Shown here in pieces: positions 18,167-26,019 of a stretch of DNA of 32,000 nt. Location: the NCBI RefSeq assembly GCF_000013905.1, contig NC_007969.1, positions 2,700,001-2,732,000 on the forward strand, read 5' to 3'. The notes under the pieces were generated by a model. It was not told the origin of the DNA, did no database searches, and saw nothing but the letters and a program-made list of their open reading frames with translations. The stretch is from Psychrobacter cryohalolentis K5. GTDB lineage: Bacteria > Pseudomonadota > Gammaproteobacteria > Pseudomonadales > Moraxellaceae. Both the position numbers and the translations under genes were made by a program. The number at the start of each line of letters is the position of its first letter. The stretch's first letter is position 1.

Positions 18167-18895
18167 CTATTTAATTACGGATTCGTCTATTGATTCTTTT
18201 GCGTTTGCTGCCGCTTCTGCCTTGATGCGTTTGGTCAATGCAGAATAAAGCGACGGCTGCATATTATGGATGTTACCCAGCATCCATTTTACATAGCTAA
18301 TAGGCACCTCTTTGATTGGCATGCCTTTATGCTTGCCAAAGGGCATTTTACCGACTGGATTGGCTTTATTGGCAATAGCATGCGCTGCTGCAAAATCAGT
18401 TGGTGCAATCTCTAAGCGCTCGCAGCAAGCCTGATACAGCAGATAACACATACGAGCATCACCGAGCGCATCATGAGCGGCAATCGTCATCCTACTAGCT
18501 TCACCCTTGCCCAATAACTGCTCAATACATTTGGACTGACCATAGGCGCTCCATTCAGGAAACGCGACGCGCGCCAGCCTAACGGTGCAAATTAGCTTAG
18601 CGGAAGGACTGCCAATCACCCGCCAATCAAAGCGTACATTATGACCGATAAGATACTCAGGTAACTCAAACTGCTCAAGCTCAAACCGCTCAAGCCCCGC
18701 TACATCGTCATCGGTAATGCCATGGACTCTAATCACAACTGGCGATATTGAGCGCCCACTATTAAAGTATTTCATCCACTCAAAGCCCGTCGCTACATTA
18801 ATCGTCGCCACTTGGATAGGACGTGGATCACGACCTTGATCGGTTTCAGTATCGATAATCAGCGCAGTATCGACCATGTTAAAAGCAGCAGCCAT
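18167..18895 (-). CDS. exoX: exodeoxyribonuclease X-like DEDDh 3'-5' exonuclease with the ExoX-type C-terminal domain
   Basis: IIDTETD (ExoI), GHNVRFDWRV (ExoII) and HDALGDARMCY (ExoIII, DEDDh) are present. The C-terminal FGKHKGMPIKEVPISYVKWML parallels E. coli ExoX FGKYRGKAVSDV..YLRWL. The start could instead be Met7 (18877). Confidence 0.8.
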   Translation of the reverse strand: MAAAFNMVDTALIIDTETDQGRDPRPIQVATINVATGFEWMKYFNSGRSISPVVIRVHGITDDDVAGLERFELEQFELPEYLIGHNVRFDWRVIGSPSAKLICTVRLARVAFPEWSAYGQSKCIEQLLGKGEASRMTIAAHDALGDARMCYLLYQACCERLEIAPTDFAAAHAIANKANPVGKMPFGKHKGMPIKEVPISYVKWMLGNIHNMQPSLYSALTKRIKAEAAANAKESIDESVIK

Positions 18896-18989
18896 AAAAA
18901 TTTAACCATAGCAAGTTGGACATAAATGACAGACAATTTTGCTCGTTTAAAAGGAGCATTATAATTAATCTACTTTTAAAAGAGCAAAA

Positions 18990-19063
18990 CACTACTAGGG
19001 TTAATTATTCGCAGCCTCTGTCTGCATAGGCACAGCAAGCAAGAAAAATTAACCCCAGTAGTG
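18990..19063 (-). repeat. ~74-bp palindromic intergenic element, copy A (inverted relative to copy B)
   Basis: The ends are self-complementary (cactactagggttaa ... ttaaccccagtagtg). The reverse complement aligns without gaps to 28026-28099 at about 59/74 identity by hand, with a near-identical 35-nt core. Confidence 0.7.
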
Positions 19064-19230
19064 ATTGATAACATTTGTACTTCCTTTATTCAGGACCAAC
19101 TACATAATAGATGCAATTAGATTCAGTAGCTTTTTATTTATGGGGATAAAAGTCAGGTATAACAATGCTATACGAAGAGCCAAAGGTAATATCTATATAA
19201 TATTAGTGAAAGCAATAACAAGACAAAGAG

Positions 19231-19827
19231 ATGTCGATGCGACCAGATGGCAATCACGAACAACCAAATCCTACATTTATCAGCCGCGCAATTAGCGTAC
19301 TCATCAAGGCCGCAGTATTGCTGATGCTATTATTCGTATTTGACAGATTATTACCGAGTATCAGCCAACAAACTCAATCATTTTTCATAGCAAAATGGCA
19401 GCAGCTTAGCCTATTGCAACATCCGCTACCAACAGAGAATAGCCTGCCAAATCCGCTACCCAAGCAGCCTCTAACAGATACGTGGGGCGCTGCTCGTAGT
19501 CAAGGTCGCTCACATGAAGGGATTGATATTTTTGCAGCGCGCGGCACGCCAATACAAGCAACGACCCAAGGTATCGTTAGCAAGGTAGGCGAAAATACGT
19601 TAGGAGGTCGCATCGTTGTGATAGTAGGACCTGGCGGCGCCGGACACTATTATGCACATTTGGAAAACTATGCTGACATTTCTCCCAATGACTGGGTAAA
19701 TGCCGGTGATACCATTGGTTACGTGGGTGATAGCGGCAATGCTAAAGGCACACCGCCGCATGTTCATTATGGAATTTATATTAATGGTAGCGCGGTAAAT
19801 CCTTATCCACTTTTGCAAAAGGATTAA
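19231..19827 (+). CDS. M23 family (LytM-type) metallopeptidase, membrane-anchored
   Basis: 198-aa ORF with an N-terminal hydrophobic helix ([11 protein letters not shown]), the HxxxD motif HEGIDIF and the HxH motif PHVHYGIY. The ATG at 19237 has better SD spacing than the one at 19231. Confidence 0.8.
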   Translation: MSMRPDGNHEQPNPTFISRAISVLIKAAVLLMLLFVFDRLLPSISQQTQSFFIAKWQQLSLLQHPLPTENSLPNPLPKQPLTDTWGAARSQGRSHEGIDIFAARGTPIQATTQGIVSKVGENTLGGRIVVIVGPGGAGHYYAHLENYADISPNDWVNAGDTIGYVGDSGNAKGTPPHVHYGIYINGSAVNPYPLLQKD

Positions 19828-19840
19828 AGTGTATCAAGCA

Positions 19841-20911
19841 TTAATTTATTGCGGCAGATCGTACATGGTTATTTGGGAACACGGCACTAAATGTCGAGCC
19901 AATGCCTTCTACTGACTCAATTTGCAAGCTCGCTTCGTGCTGATATAAGACATGTTTTACAATTGCCAGTCCAAGCCCCGTCCCACCTGTTGCTCGGCTG
20001 CGCCCGCTGTCAACGCGATAAAAACGCTCAGTTAAACGGGCAAGATGCTGCGGCGCTATACCGATACCATTATCTTCAACAGCAAATCGGCAGCCCTCAG
20101 CAGTCTTAGTCCAACTAATAGAGATATTGCCACCTTTTGGTGTGTATTTAATCGCATTAATCACTAGATTGGACAGTGCGCTATTTAGGTACATCTCTGA
20201 GCCATATAGTCCGTCATAGGTATCAATATGCAAGTGAATCGTATGCTTATATTCTTGATTATACGCCTGTGCATCATCATAGACATGAGTGAGCAGCTTG
20301 GTCATATCGATTTCATTAAACGCATGGGTTTCTTCGATTTCGATACGAGACAGTAGCAATAAGTCATTGACCACCCTATTCATGCGTGCCGTTTGCTGAG
20401 TCATCAGCTCAAAACCGCGACGCCAATTCGCAGGCATATCTGGCTGATCAGAGAAATTCTCCAGATATCCCATCAAGACCGTCAATGGTGTACGTAGCTC
20501 ATGCGAAACATTGGCCACAAAGTCGCGGCGCATTGCTTCTAAATGCTGCAAGCGGGTCACATCATAAATGATCAGTAGTTTTTCATCGCCAAATGGCGTC
20601 AGCTCACACTTTAGATAGCGGTTTGGGTCTTGCAAAGAGACGATATGCACACTCTCATCGGCATCGGCATCAGTATTAAGCGTCGTTGCCTCCTGATAAT
20701 ACTTGATAAATTCAGGCACTTGAATGAAGTCAAAAATACGCCTGCCTTTATCTGAGGATTGCAACAATAATAAATCCTGCGCCGCTTGGTTCCACCATTC
20801 AAGTCCATCATCATCATTGAGCAAAATCACGGCATCACGTAATGCTCGTAAAGCACTTCTGATTTTTTTAAGTTGATTTGTAGCACCTTGCTCATTGTCT
20901 TGGATAGGCAT
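19841..20911 (-). CDS. phoR: phosphate regulon sensor histidine kinase PhoR (no N-terminal transmembrane region)
   Basis: 356-aa ORF with a PAS-like N-domain, the H-box FVANVSHELRTPLT, the N-box LVINAIKYTP, and G-boxes DNGIGI / GGTGLGLAIV. It lies immediately downstream of phoB. Confidence 0.85.
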   Translation of the reverse strand: MPIQDNEQGATNQLKKIRSALRALRDAVILLNDDDGLEWWNQAAQDLLLLQSSDKGRRIFDFIQVPEFIKYYQEATTLNTDADADESVHIVSLQDPNRYLKCELTPFGDEKLLIIYDVTRLQHLEAMRRDFVANVSHELRTPLTVLMGYLENFSDQPDMPANWRRGFELMTQQTARMNRVVNDLLLLSRIEIEETHAFNEIDMTKLLTHVYDDAQAYNQEYKHTIHLHIDTYDGLYGSEMYLNSALSNLVINAIKYTPKGGNISISWTKTAEGCRFAVEDNGIGIAPQHLARLTERFYRVDSGRSRATGGTGLGLAIVKHVLYQHEASLQIESVEGIGSTFSAVFPNNHVRSAAIN

Positions 20912-20962
20912 TTTTATTTATCCATTATTTTTTATAATTTTTCTACTATTGGCCGCTCCCGA

Positions 20963-20994
20963 TAAAAGGCGACACTATTAAAAGGTGACACTAT
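20963..20994. repeat. tandem 2 x 16-bp direct repeat in the phoB-phoR spacer
   Basis: taaaaggcgacactat (20963-20978) is followed directly by taaaaggtgacactat (20979-20994), 15/16 identical. Confidence 0.6.
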
Positions 20995-21016
20995 ACAATA
21001 TTCATATTACTAGCGA

Positions 21017-21721
21017 TTACCCTTTTTCGATACGGCTAGAAAATCGATAACCTGTACCGCGTACCGTTTGTATCAATGTATCACAATCATGTGGACGTAG
21101 TAATGTGCGCAAACGCTTTACGTGAACATCAATGGTTCTATCTTCGATGTAGACGTTACCGCCCCATACTTGATCGAGCAGCTGGGCACGGGTATAAGCG
21201 CGCTCAGGATGGCTCATAAAAAACGCCAATAAGCGATATTCTGTCGGACCCATATCGATAATATCATCACCCACCATGAAGCGTTGACTTTTGGCATCTA
21301 AAGTTAGCCTGCCTATATTAATAGGTTTGTCGCCGCTTAGCGCGTTACTACGTCGCAATACCGCTTTGATTCTTGAGATAAGCTCACGGGTCGAGAAAGG
21401 CTTTGTCATATAATCATCAGCGCCTGCGTCAAGACCATGCACTTTACTGTCTTCTTCACTTTTGGCGGTCAACATAATAACCGGTATCTCGGCGAGCAGC
21501 GTATCGCTTTTTAGCATACGGCAAAAATCGATACCACTTTTATCACCGGGTAACATCCAGTCCAATAAAATCAGCGCTGGACGATGATCGACCACTTGTT
21601 GGTGCGCCTCTGACACATCCGCTGCCTGCAAACTATCAAAGCCCGCCATCTCTAGGGTCATGACGACCATTTCACGAATGGCATCTTCATCTTCAACAAT
21701 CAAAATTTGCTCTTTAGACAT
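21017..21721 (-). CDS. phoB: phosphate regulon response regulator PhoB (OmpR family)
   Basis: 234-aa ORF with the receiver domain ILIVEDEDAIREM...LILLDWMLPG...MLTAK and the winged-helix C-terminus TIDVHVKRLR...IQTVRGTGYRF. Confidence 0.9.
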   Translation of the reverse strand: MSKEQILIVEDEDAIREMVVMTLEMAGFDSLQAADVSEAHQQVVDHRPALILLDWMLPGDKSGIDFCRMLKSDTLLAEIPVIMLTAKSEEDSKVHGLDAGADDYMTKPFSTRELISRIKAVLRRSNALSGDKPINIGRLTLDAKSQRFMVGDDIIDMGPTEYRLLAFFMSHPERAYTRAQLLDQVWGGNVYIEDRTIDVHVKRLRTLLRPHDCDTLIQTVRGTGYRFSSRIEKG

Positions 21722-21818
21722 AATGTATTCTTAATATATTCTTAATGTTAGAGGACAAAATAGCGTTTATAAAAGCAGTAACAAACGCAAATAAGCGTTT
21801 CTTCATTAAAGGGCTTAA

Positions 21819-21840
21819 TTATGACAGCTTAATGACATTT
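21819..21840 (-). promoter_or_regulatory. Pho box upstream of phoB
   Basis: The minus strand reads aaATGTCATtaagCTGTCATaa. The two TGTCAT repeats have an 11-bp periodicity (plus-strand ATGACA at 21821-21826 and 21832-21837), about 100 nt upstream of the phoB ATG. Confidence 0.7.
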
Positions 21841-21879
21841 ACTCTTAAATTTATAATACTTAGTAGCCATGCTAATGAC

Positions 21880-22335
21880 TTAATGCACTTCTAATAAAAA
21901 GTTTAATGGTCCATCATTGACACTCAATACTTGCATATCAGCGCCAAACTGACCCGTTGCAACCGTTAAATACTGCGTCTTTGCATAATCAACCAATTGT
22001 GCAAATAAAGCTTGAGCCATATCAGGTGCCATTGCGCTACCAAATTCAGGGCGGCGACCTTTATCCGTCTTTGCCATCAGAGTAAATTGTGAGACCAATA
22101 ATAGCCCACCACCGACTTGCTGGACATTTTTATCGACTTTGCCGTATTTGGCTGGATCATCATCATTGTCAAAAATACGATAGGTGAGGATTTTATCAAT
22201 CATCCGCTGCGCACTTTGTAGGTTATCATCGTGTCCCAAGCCGATATATGCCAGCACACCTTGCTCAATAGCACCGACCTCCTGCCCATCAACGCTGACA
22301 CTGGCATATTTGACTCGCTGAATAAGAGATCTCAT
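21880..22335 (-). CDS. dtd: D-aminoacyl-tRNA deacylase
   Basis: 151-aa ORF; MRSLIQRVKYASVSV..., SQFTL and NDGPLNFLLEV parallel E. coli Dtd throughout. SD AAGGAAG is present. Confidence 0.9.
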   Translation of the reverse strand: MRSLIQRVKYASVSVDGQEVGAIEQGVLAYIGLGHDDNLQSAQRMIDKILTYRIFDNDDDPAKYGKVDKNVQQVGGGLLLVSQFTLMAKTDKGRRPEFGSAMAPDMAQALFAQLVDYAKTQYLTVATGQFGADMQVLSVNDGPLNFLLEVH

Positions 22336-22521
22336 TGCTTACTTCCTTTAACGATTATGGTCATACAGTCTGCTGCGGACCATGATAAAATACAATTATC
22401 TGTGTATGTACTTATGATTATGTTTATAAATAAATCTAGCTATAAAACTGCCTATCTATGATTTTTTATTACAACTTCTTATTTTAATAACTATTTTTAA
22501 TCCCTAATTTGGTCATCTATT

Positions 22522-23355
22522 ATGAATGTATTTACTACCTTACAGCAATTTGTCCCGCAGCAAAAAATCAGTAAAGTCGCAGGGCGCTTAGCTGCCAGCC
22601 GCCACCCTTGGGTTAAGCGTACGTTTATCCGCAGTTTTGCCAAAGCGTATGATGTTAGCTTAGATGAATATGAGCGTCAAAGCCTAAACGCTTATGAGAG
22701 CTTTAATGATTTCTTTACTCGTGAGCTCCAAGACAATGCCCGTATTATCGATGCCAGTATCAATGGTATTGTCAGTCCTGCGGATGGCATGATTTCGCAG
22801 CTTGGGCAGATTCATGACCATAAGCTACTGCAAGCCAAAGGTCGTGACTATGATATCGGTCAGCTCTTAGCTGATAGCGCAGATGGCGATTATTTTGCGG
22901 ATGGTAGTTTTGCTACGGTCTATCTTGCTCCAAGCAACTATCACCGTGTGCATATGCCATTTGACGGTATATTAACCAAGACCCGCTATGTACCTGGTAC
23001 ACTATTTTCGGTCAATAACACCACGGCTGCTAATGTGCCGGATTTGTTTGCTCGTAACGAGCGCCTTGTCTGTCTGTTTGATACCGCCTATGGTAAAGCG
23101 GCAGTAGTGATGGTCGGTGCGATGATTGTCGCTGGGATTGAGACAGTAGCGACGGGTAAAATTAGCCGTACCGATGATATTCAAGAAGCAGACCATGATA
23201 TGAGCTTTAAAAAAGGTGACGAGCTTGGTCGTTTTTATTTAGGTTCAACCGCAATTGTAGTACTGCCAAAAGCAGCAAAAACGGATTGGCAAGATACCAT
23301 GCAGCATGGCTCAATCGTTCAAATGGGGCAACTGTTGGGTAGCGCTAAAACCTAA
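22522..23355 (+). CDS. psd: phosphatidylserine decarboxylase proenzyme
   Basis: 277-aa ORF with FNDFFTREL, SPADG, YHRVHMP and the self-cleavage motif FYLGSTAIV (LGST). Confidence 0.9.
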   Translation: MNVFTTLQQFVPQQKISKVAGRLAASRHPWVKRTFIRSFAKAYDVSLDEYERQSLNAYESFNDFFTRELQDNARIIDASINGIVSPADGMISQLGQIHDHKLLQAKGRDYDIGQLLADSADGDYFADGSFATVYLAPSNYHRVHMPFDGILTKTRYVPGTLFSVNNTTAANVPDLFARNERLVCLFDTAYGKAAVVMVGAMIVAGIETVATGKISRTDDIQEADHDMSFKKGDELGRFYLGSTAIVVLPKAAKTDWQDTMQHGSIVQMGQLLGSAKT

Positions 23356-23409
23356 TACCATTTATCTAAGTAAAAAACTTGTGTAATAAGTAATATTGAA
23401 AAAAAAATG

Positions 23410-23448
23410 AGCATAGACAGTAATCAGAATACTGCCTATGCTTTTTTT
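23410..23448 (+). terminator. intrinsic terminator downstream of psd
   Basis: agcatagacagta (23410-23422) pairs with tactgcctatgct (23430-23442): 13 bp with one mismatch and a 7-nt loop, followed by a T7 run. Confidence 0.7.
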
Positions 23449-23519
23449 GTGCCCACTCCTTTAACATCGTTTTTTTATCACTTTCTTTTTTCAGTCGTTT
23501 TTTGTGATAGCAAGGCTTT

Positions 23520-23540
23520 ATGTCATCAAACTGTCATATT
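23520..23540 (+). promoter_or_regulatory. Pho box upstream of pstS
   Basis: aTGTCATcaaaCTGTCATatt has TGTCAT at 23521-23526 and 23532-23537 (11-bp periodicity). It matches the E. coli consensus CTGTCATA(A/T)A(A/T)CTGTCA(C/T) well, about 120 nt upstream of the pstS ATG. Confidence 0.75.
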
Positions 23541-23658
23541 TATTTGGCACAATCTCCTTATTAACCGCAGAGCATCATTTCAGCCAACCCCAGAAAACCA
23601 TTGTCATTGTTATTTATAAATGCTTGATACTCAAAATTGATTAATTTTAGGAGAAATA

Positions 23659-24813
23659 ATGCGTTATTCATTCATGGCAGTAGCAATCGCTAGCACTTTG
23701 ACATTAGCCGCTTGTAACCAAACGACTAGCAACAACGAGAGCGATAAAACCGACGAAGCAGCCACAACAGCACCATCAAACACTGCTGTGAGTAGCGACG
23801 CTAGTGCTAGCTCAGCTGAAAGTGCATCGATGAGTATTACCGGTGCTGGTGCTTCTTTTCCACAGCCTATCTATGCTAAGTGGTCAGATGCCTACAATAA
23901 AGCCACAGGTGGTCAAGTGAACTATCAGTCTATTGGCTCATCAGGTGGTATCAAACAAATCGTTGCTAAGACGGTAGATTTTGGGGCATCTGATGCGCCG
24001 ATGACACCAGAAGAGTTGAACGAAGCCGGTCTGATACAGTTCCCAAGCGTCATCGGTGGCGTGGTACCTATTGTTAATATCGATGGTATTGAGCCCGGTC
24101 AGTTAAAGCTCGATGGCAAAATGCTTGCTGATATTTATCTGGGTAAAATCAGCAAATGGAACGACCCTGCAATTGCGGCGATGAATCCTGAACTTAAATT
24201 ACCAGACGCTGCCATTACCACAGTGTTTCGCTCAGATGGTTCTGGTACAACCTTTAACTTCACTGATTATCTAGCCAAAGTGTCAAGCGATTGGAATGAC
24301 AGTGTAGGTGTCGATAAGACCGTCAAATGGCCAACGTCGGCTACCGGTGCGGGTGGTAAAGGTAATGAAGGTGTGTCGAGCTATGTCACGCGTATGAAAA
24401 ACTCTATCGGCTATGTTGAATACGCTTACGCTAAGCAAAACGGTATGGCACACGTCGCCCTGAAAAATGCTGCGGGCAATGTCGTACAACCTTCTGCCAA
24501 AACCTTTGCAGCAGCAGGTGACATCGATTGGTCACAGCAAGAAGGCTTTTATAAAGTCATTACCAACTCTGAAACAGCGCAAGCTTGGCCAATCGCCGCC
24601 GCCACTTTTATCTTAGTACATAAGCAGCCACAAGATGCCAAACAAGTCGCTGGTGTATTGAAGTTCTTTGACTGGGCTTATGAGCAAGGTGATGACGACG
24701 CTATGGCGCTTGATTACGTACCGTTCTCTGATACTGCAGTTGCCTTATTTAAAGCAAAATGGAGTGAGGTCAAAGGCAGTGACGGCCAACCTGTCTATAA
24801 GCCTGCACAGTAA
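23659..24813 (+). CDS. pstS: phosphate ABC transporter substrate-binding protein PstS (lipoprotein form)
   Basis: 384-aa ORF with the lipobox LTLAAC and a Ser/Ala/Thr-rich linker. PstS blocks follow: GAGASFPQPIY, YQSIGSGGG-like YQSIGSSGGI, GASDAPM, RSDGSGTTFNFT. SD AGGAG is present. Confidence 0.9.
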   Translation: MRYSFMAVAIASTLTLAACNQTTSNNESDKTDEAATTAPSNTAVSSDASASSAESASMSITGAGASFPQPIYAKWSDAYNKATGGQVNYQSIGSSGGIKQIVAKTVDFGASDAPMTPEELNEAGLIQFPSVIGGVVPIVNIDGIEPGQLKLDGKMLADIYLGKISKWNDPAIAAMNPELKLPDAAITTVFRSDGSGTTFNFTDYLAKVSSDWNDSVGVDKTVKWPTSATGAGGKGNEGVSSYVTRMKNSIGYVEYAYAKQNGMAHVALKNAAGNVVQPSAKTFAAAGDIDWSQQEGFYKVITNSETAQAWPIAAATFILVHKQPQDAKQVAGVLKFFDWAYEQGDDDAMALDYVPFSDTAVALFKAKWSEVKGSDGQPVYKPAQ

Positions 24814-24851
24814 CCTGTTTATACTAGTGATTGCATAATCACTGTCGAGCC

Positions 24852-24893
24852 AACCTCTCAAACCACTATTCTCCGGTAGGGGTTTGAGAGGTT
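24852..24893 (+). promoter_or_regulatory. stable stem-loop downstream of pstS
   Basis: aacctctcaaacc (24852-24864) / ggtttgagaggtt (24881-24893): a perfect 13-bp stem with a 16-nt loop. Confidence 0.6.
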
Positions 24894-24950
24894 TTATCAC
24901 AGAAAATTTAAAGATTTTTTTAAGTTTGTTGTGATAAAACCTCTTTTACT
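24887..24950 (+). terminator. terminator-like stem-loop overlapping the previous hairpin (pstS-pstC spacer)
   Basis: agaggttttatcaca (24887-24901) / tgtgataaaacctct (24930-24944): a 15-bp perfect stem with a 28-nt AT-rich loop, followed by tttactatttt. Its left arm shares 24887-24893 with the right arm of the upstream hairpin. Confidence 0.45.
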
Positions 24951-24985
24951 ATTTTGACTTGATTCTATTCAACGCTGAGACACTT

Positions 24986-25936
24986 ATGAATGATTTAAGG
25001 TCCCAACTGGCTAAACAAAAACGTTACGATGCTATCTTTGTCAATGCAACTAAAGCATTTGCAATCTTGGTGCTATTGTCACTTGGTGGCATCCTGCTCT
25101 CATTAATCGTAGGCGCTTGGCCCAGTATCACTGAATTTGGACTGGGATTTTATACCAGCAATAACTGGGATACAGTGAACGATCAATATGGGGCACTTGC
25201 ACCTATTTACGGTACGATTGTCACCTCCCTTATTGCAATCGCTATTGCTGTGCCAGTGAGCTTTGGTATTGCTATCTTTTTGACCGAACTGTGCCCTAAC
25301 TTCTTAAAAAAGCCATTGGGTATCGCCATTGAGCTGTTGGCAGGTATTCCTTCTATTATTTATGGCATGTGGGGTTTGTTTGTCTTTGCGCCGTATTTTA
25401 GCGAACACATTCAGCCATGGTTGATTGAAAACATCGGTCCTCTGCCTATTATCGGGCAAGTATTCACTGGTGCACCGATGGGGCTTGGTATGTTTACCGC
25501 CTCCTTGGTACTGGCAATTATGATTATTCCTTTTATTGCCGCCACCATGCGGGATGTTTTTTCTGTGGTACCTGATTTATTAAAAGAATCTGCGTATGGC
25601 ATGGGTGCGACGACGTGGGAAGTGATGTTCAAAATCATCTTACCTTATACTAAAGCTGGCGTGGTCGGTGGTGTGATTTTAGGGCTTGGACGCGCATTGG
25701 GCGAGACGATGGCTGTGACTTTCTTAATCGGTAATGCCTTTAATATCAGCCCAAGTTTGTTTACCTCTGGGGTAACGATTACCTCTGCACTCGCCAATGA
25801 ATTTGCCGAAGCATCAAGTGAATTGCATTTGGCATCCCTATTACATTTGGGTTTAATCCTATTTGTTATTACCTTTATTGTCTTGTCCATCTCTAAGCTA
25901 ATGCTTATGCGTATCGACCAAAAAGCCGGTCACTAA
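24986..25936 (+). CDS. pstC: phosphate ABC transporter permease PstC
   Basis: A multi-TM protein with the EAA-type loop [25 protein letters not shown]. The track start at 24959 is TTG and sits inside the T-tract of the hairpin, so I prefer the ATG at 24986 (MNDLRSQ...). Confidence 0.9.
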   Translation: MNDLRSQLAKQKRYDAIFVNATKAFAILVLLSLGGILLSLIVGAWPSITEFGLGFYTSNNWDTVNDQYGALAPIYGTIVTSLIAIAIAVPVSFGIAIFLTELCPNFLKKPLGIAIELLAGIPSIIYGMWGLFVFAPYFSEHIQPWLIENIGPLPIIGQVFTGAPMGLGMFTASLVLAIMIIPFIAATMRDVFSVVPDLLKESAYGMGATTWEVMFKIILPYTKAGVVGGVILGLGRALGETMAVTFLIGNAFNISPSLFTSGVTITSALANEFAEASSELHLASLLHLGLILFVITFIVLSISKLMLMRIDQKAGH

Positions 25937-26019
25937 GTAGCGCCAATATCTTGTTATAAAGCAAGCATGTTAATCAACCACTTAACCCAATCCTTCGACC
26001 AACAAAGGACAAACGCCTA

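Noticed and set aside
19065-19295. 76-aa ORF upstream of and overlapping the M23 peptidase gene
   Set aside because: It begins immediately beside the palindromic element, has no SD, and overlaps the better-supported M23 ORF out of frame.
23407-23619. 70-aa ORF between psd and pstS
   Set aside because: Its ATG lies inside the psd terminator hairpin and the ORF spans the Pho box and promoter. It has low-complexity Phe-rich composition and no SD.
24959-24985. TTG start for pstC at 24959
   Set aside because: The TTG sits in the T-rich tail of the terminator-like hairpin. The ATG at 24986 is the more conventional start.
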